Positions 61,872-64,000 of a stretch of 64,000 bases of DNA are shown one piece after another (the stretch's first letter is position 1; each line of letters opens with the position of its first letter). Origin of the DNA: Lama glama (lineage: Eukaryota); assembly GCA_028534125.1 (NCBI GenBank), contig CM052816.1:39062001-39126000 (forward strand), in the 5' to 3' direction. A model generated the notes under the pieces. The model saw only the letters and a program-made list of their open reading frames with translations, had not been told where the DNA came from and did no database searches. Both the position numbers and the translations under genes were made by a program.

Positions 61872-62797
61872 TCTAATTCAATTATTGTCCTGTTTCATAC
61901 ATACACATGCAAAGTACTGGGTTTTGTGGTGGTAATAATCACACCCTCTTTTTGCCTTTGAGTTCTGAATACATTAAAAAAGATACAAAAGTGCAGTAAG
62001 GAGCAAAATACCAGCTGTACTGCTGGAAAAGCTACACTGCAGAGCACAGATGGAACTTGAAAGTGAACTGTACTTCTCACTTCTTCCCGCTGAACCGAGC
62101 TACCATGTCGTCATAGGTAGAGAGAACAGATAGCTGCAGCCCAGGGTCCCGCGTGCTCCGTGTCATTTCCCTGCTTCCACCAGTTTGACAAGTCGGCCGT
62201 TCTCCTTGGAGCATAGTCAAGTAATGAGGTGAAGGGAATGAACAAAAGTAATCCTCAGTGTTTCTTTCTGAGGAATACAGGAGAAGGCCTTTCTTTTGCA
62301 GAAATGAGAGAAGAAGGGTAATAGATGTTTTCCCCAGTCAAATTACTACCTGCATAAAATGTCAATCAATCCACTAAAATCTAATTGTGGGTCAGTTTAG
62401 CCCCATTGGTTACCAATTAGTATGTAGTCAATTTCTGCCTTAAAATTGTATGCATCAGGTATTCCTGATTAAAAGAATTTTAAAATCCTAATGAAAAGAG
62501 TTAAAATTTTTTCTTTAAATTTTTTTTCTGCTTTAAAACTCAAGTTTTGCAAATATTTGTGCCATGTTATTAAAGTTAGCATGGTATAAACAAAAGTATA
62601 CTGGCATACACTGAATATAATCAGTAGCTCCAACTCTCACGGAAAGCGTGATTAGGAACATTAAATCATTTTGTAGTTGAAAGTAATTGAAAACATTTCC
62701 CTGAAAGAAAGGTAAGTAAAAAAAATGTAACAAGCGTGTCAAGTCTATTTTAAATGTCGAAATCCATTTTTTTAATTGAATATAAAGTGAAAGTATA

Positions 62798-62816
62798 TGC
62801 CCACTAGATGGCAGCA
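62798..62816 (+). promoter_or_regulatory. CTCF core motif (forward orientation)
   Basis: tgcCCACTAGATGGCAGCA, a full match to CCASYAGRKGGCRS. Confidence 0.65.
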
Positions 62817-63071
62817 AATTAAATCTTTTAAAGCTATATTTGCTAAACTAGAAGGGAAAGGAAGTCCCTGTTGACAGGTGTGTTGTGAGGGGCGAAGTAG
62901 GAATTTAGGCAGAAACTATGATGTGTAAAATGCACTGGCAAATCGGATAAATTCTGTCAACCAAATTCTATAGTCTGTGATTACAGATTATCTATACTGG
63001 TCTCCAAAAATCACATGATTTTAACACCAGTTCCTTTGGACCCATATTTTCTAAGAAAATGTCACAGACTT

Positions 63072-63159
63072 TTTTTTTTTGATTTTTGATTGAAGTACAG
63101 TCAGTTGCAGTGTGTCCATTTGTGGTGTACAGCCCAATGTCCCAGTCATGCATAGACAC
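63072..63159 (-). mobile_element. Very short (88 bp) L1 3' end insertion
   Basis: Poly-T followed by ttgattgaagtacagtcagtt; TSD aatgtcacagactt / aatatcacagactt (63058-63071, 63160-63173). Confidence 0.85.
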
Positions 63160-63524
63160 AATATCACAGACTTCTCATCACAGTCCTCTGAGTTCTAAAA
63201 ATACAATCATTGACTGTGACACAGGTTGGCCCATTTTACAAATTTTGCCCAATGTTTGCCAAGACCAACCATGACTAACTCTAGCACTCCAAACCCTTTC
63301 AGTATCTTTCCTACCTCCCTCCTCTTGGTATTAACGCTCTCTTGCTGCAATTAGAATTATACAGGTGTTTCTAGTGGTACTGGCTGATGAGGTTTAATAT
63401 GTTAATGAGACATGCTATTGTCATATTTACTAAGGATTATTTTCAAAGTTGTCATAATATTGAAATAGATTTATTTCAGTAGTATAAATCAAATGTCAAC
63501 AGTGAAGAAGCAAACCGTTAAATA

Positions 63525-63900
63525 CTCAAATACACTCTCCTCATCCAAACTTCACACAAGCTCCTCTGAGGACTCTTTTCAACTAGTCTAAGCCAGTCTT
63601 GGTAGAAAATGCTGCTAAGTCATCATCCTCCACCCTTGATATCTGATCTCATCAAGTTCCTTTTCCCCACCATTGTTATGTAAGTCCTTGGTCTGCTTTT
63701 AGCATGAATCCTGTTAGCAAGATACCCTTGATGTCTCCTTGGTAATTTTCTATCCACCGACACCCTTAATCTACTATTTGGCTAGAAATTCCCACTTGCC
63801 TTTGTTGTATTTGGAGTTGAGCACGATTTCTCACCTCTACTGCAATAGTCTTGAATAAAGCTTTCCTTATTATTTTAACAATTGTGGGAATAATTTGATA
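63525..63900 (+). mobile_element. MER31-like ERV1 LTR
   Basis: ccacccttgatatctgatc..aatcctgtta..aaattcccacttg..ggagttgagc..gtcttgaataaag. Confidence 0.7.
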
Positions 63901-64000
63901 ATACATGTTTATTTCTTCATGTTTTACTTATTTTCAAAACATATGATCTAACAATTCTTTTGAATGGGTTTAAACCTACGTTATTTTTAAAGCACATTAT

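Noticed and set aside
1..64000. A novel multi-gene or prokaryote-style system
   Set aside because: No operon-like structure, no non-transposon ORF with recognisable homology and no repeat-spacer architecture; the remaining short ORFs fit chance expectation.

Overview
AT-rich, CpG-depleted mammalian non-coding DNA (intergenic or deep intronic), dense in transposon relics. It is most likely camelid (alpaca/llama/camel), inferred from a tRNA-Ala-derived Vic-1-type SINE and cetartiodactyl-type L1 ends. I cannot recognise any protein-coding or RNA gene. The only ORFs with recognisable homology are decayed L1 ORF2 and Tigger2 transposase fragments; the longest ORFs are artefacts of a 500-N gap (31935-32434) that probably hides a near-full-length young L1. 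I find no convincing evidence of a new biological system. The best leads are a templated fold-back insertion scar in an LTR (~46.0 kb), an internally deleted L1 that keeps its 5' UTR and a long antisense ORF (13.5-15.2 kb), three strong CTCF motifs, and a MER41-like LTR next to a promoter/enhancer-like motif cluster (60.1-62.8 kb). There are also a 3x92-bp tandem repeat and a few unverified exon-like segments. Repeat family names come from my recall of consensus sequences, not from a search; boundaries without a stated TSD/TIR are approximate.
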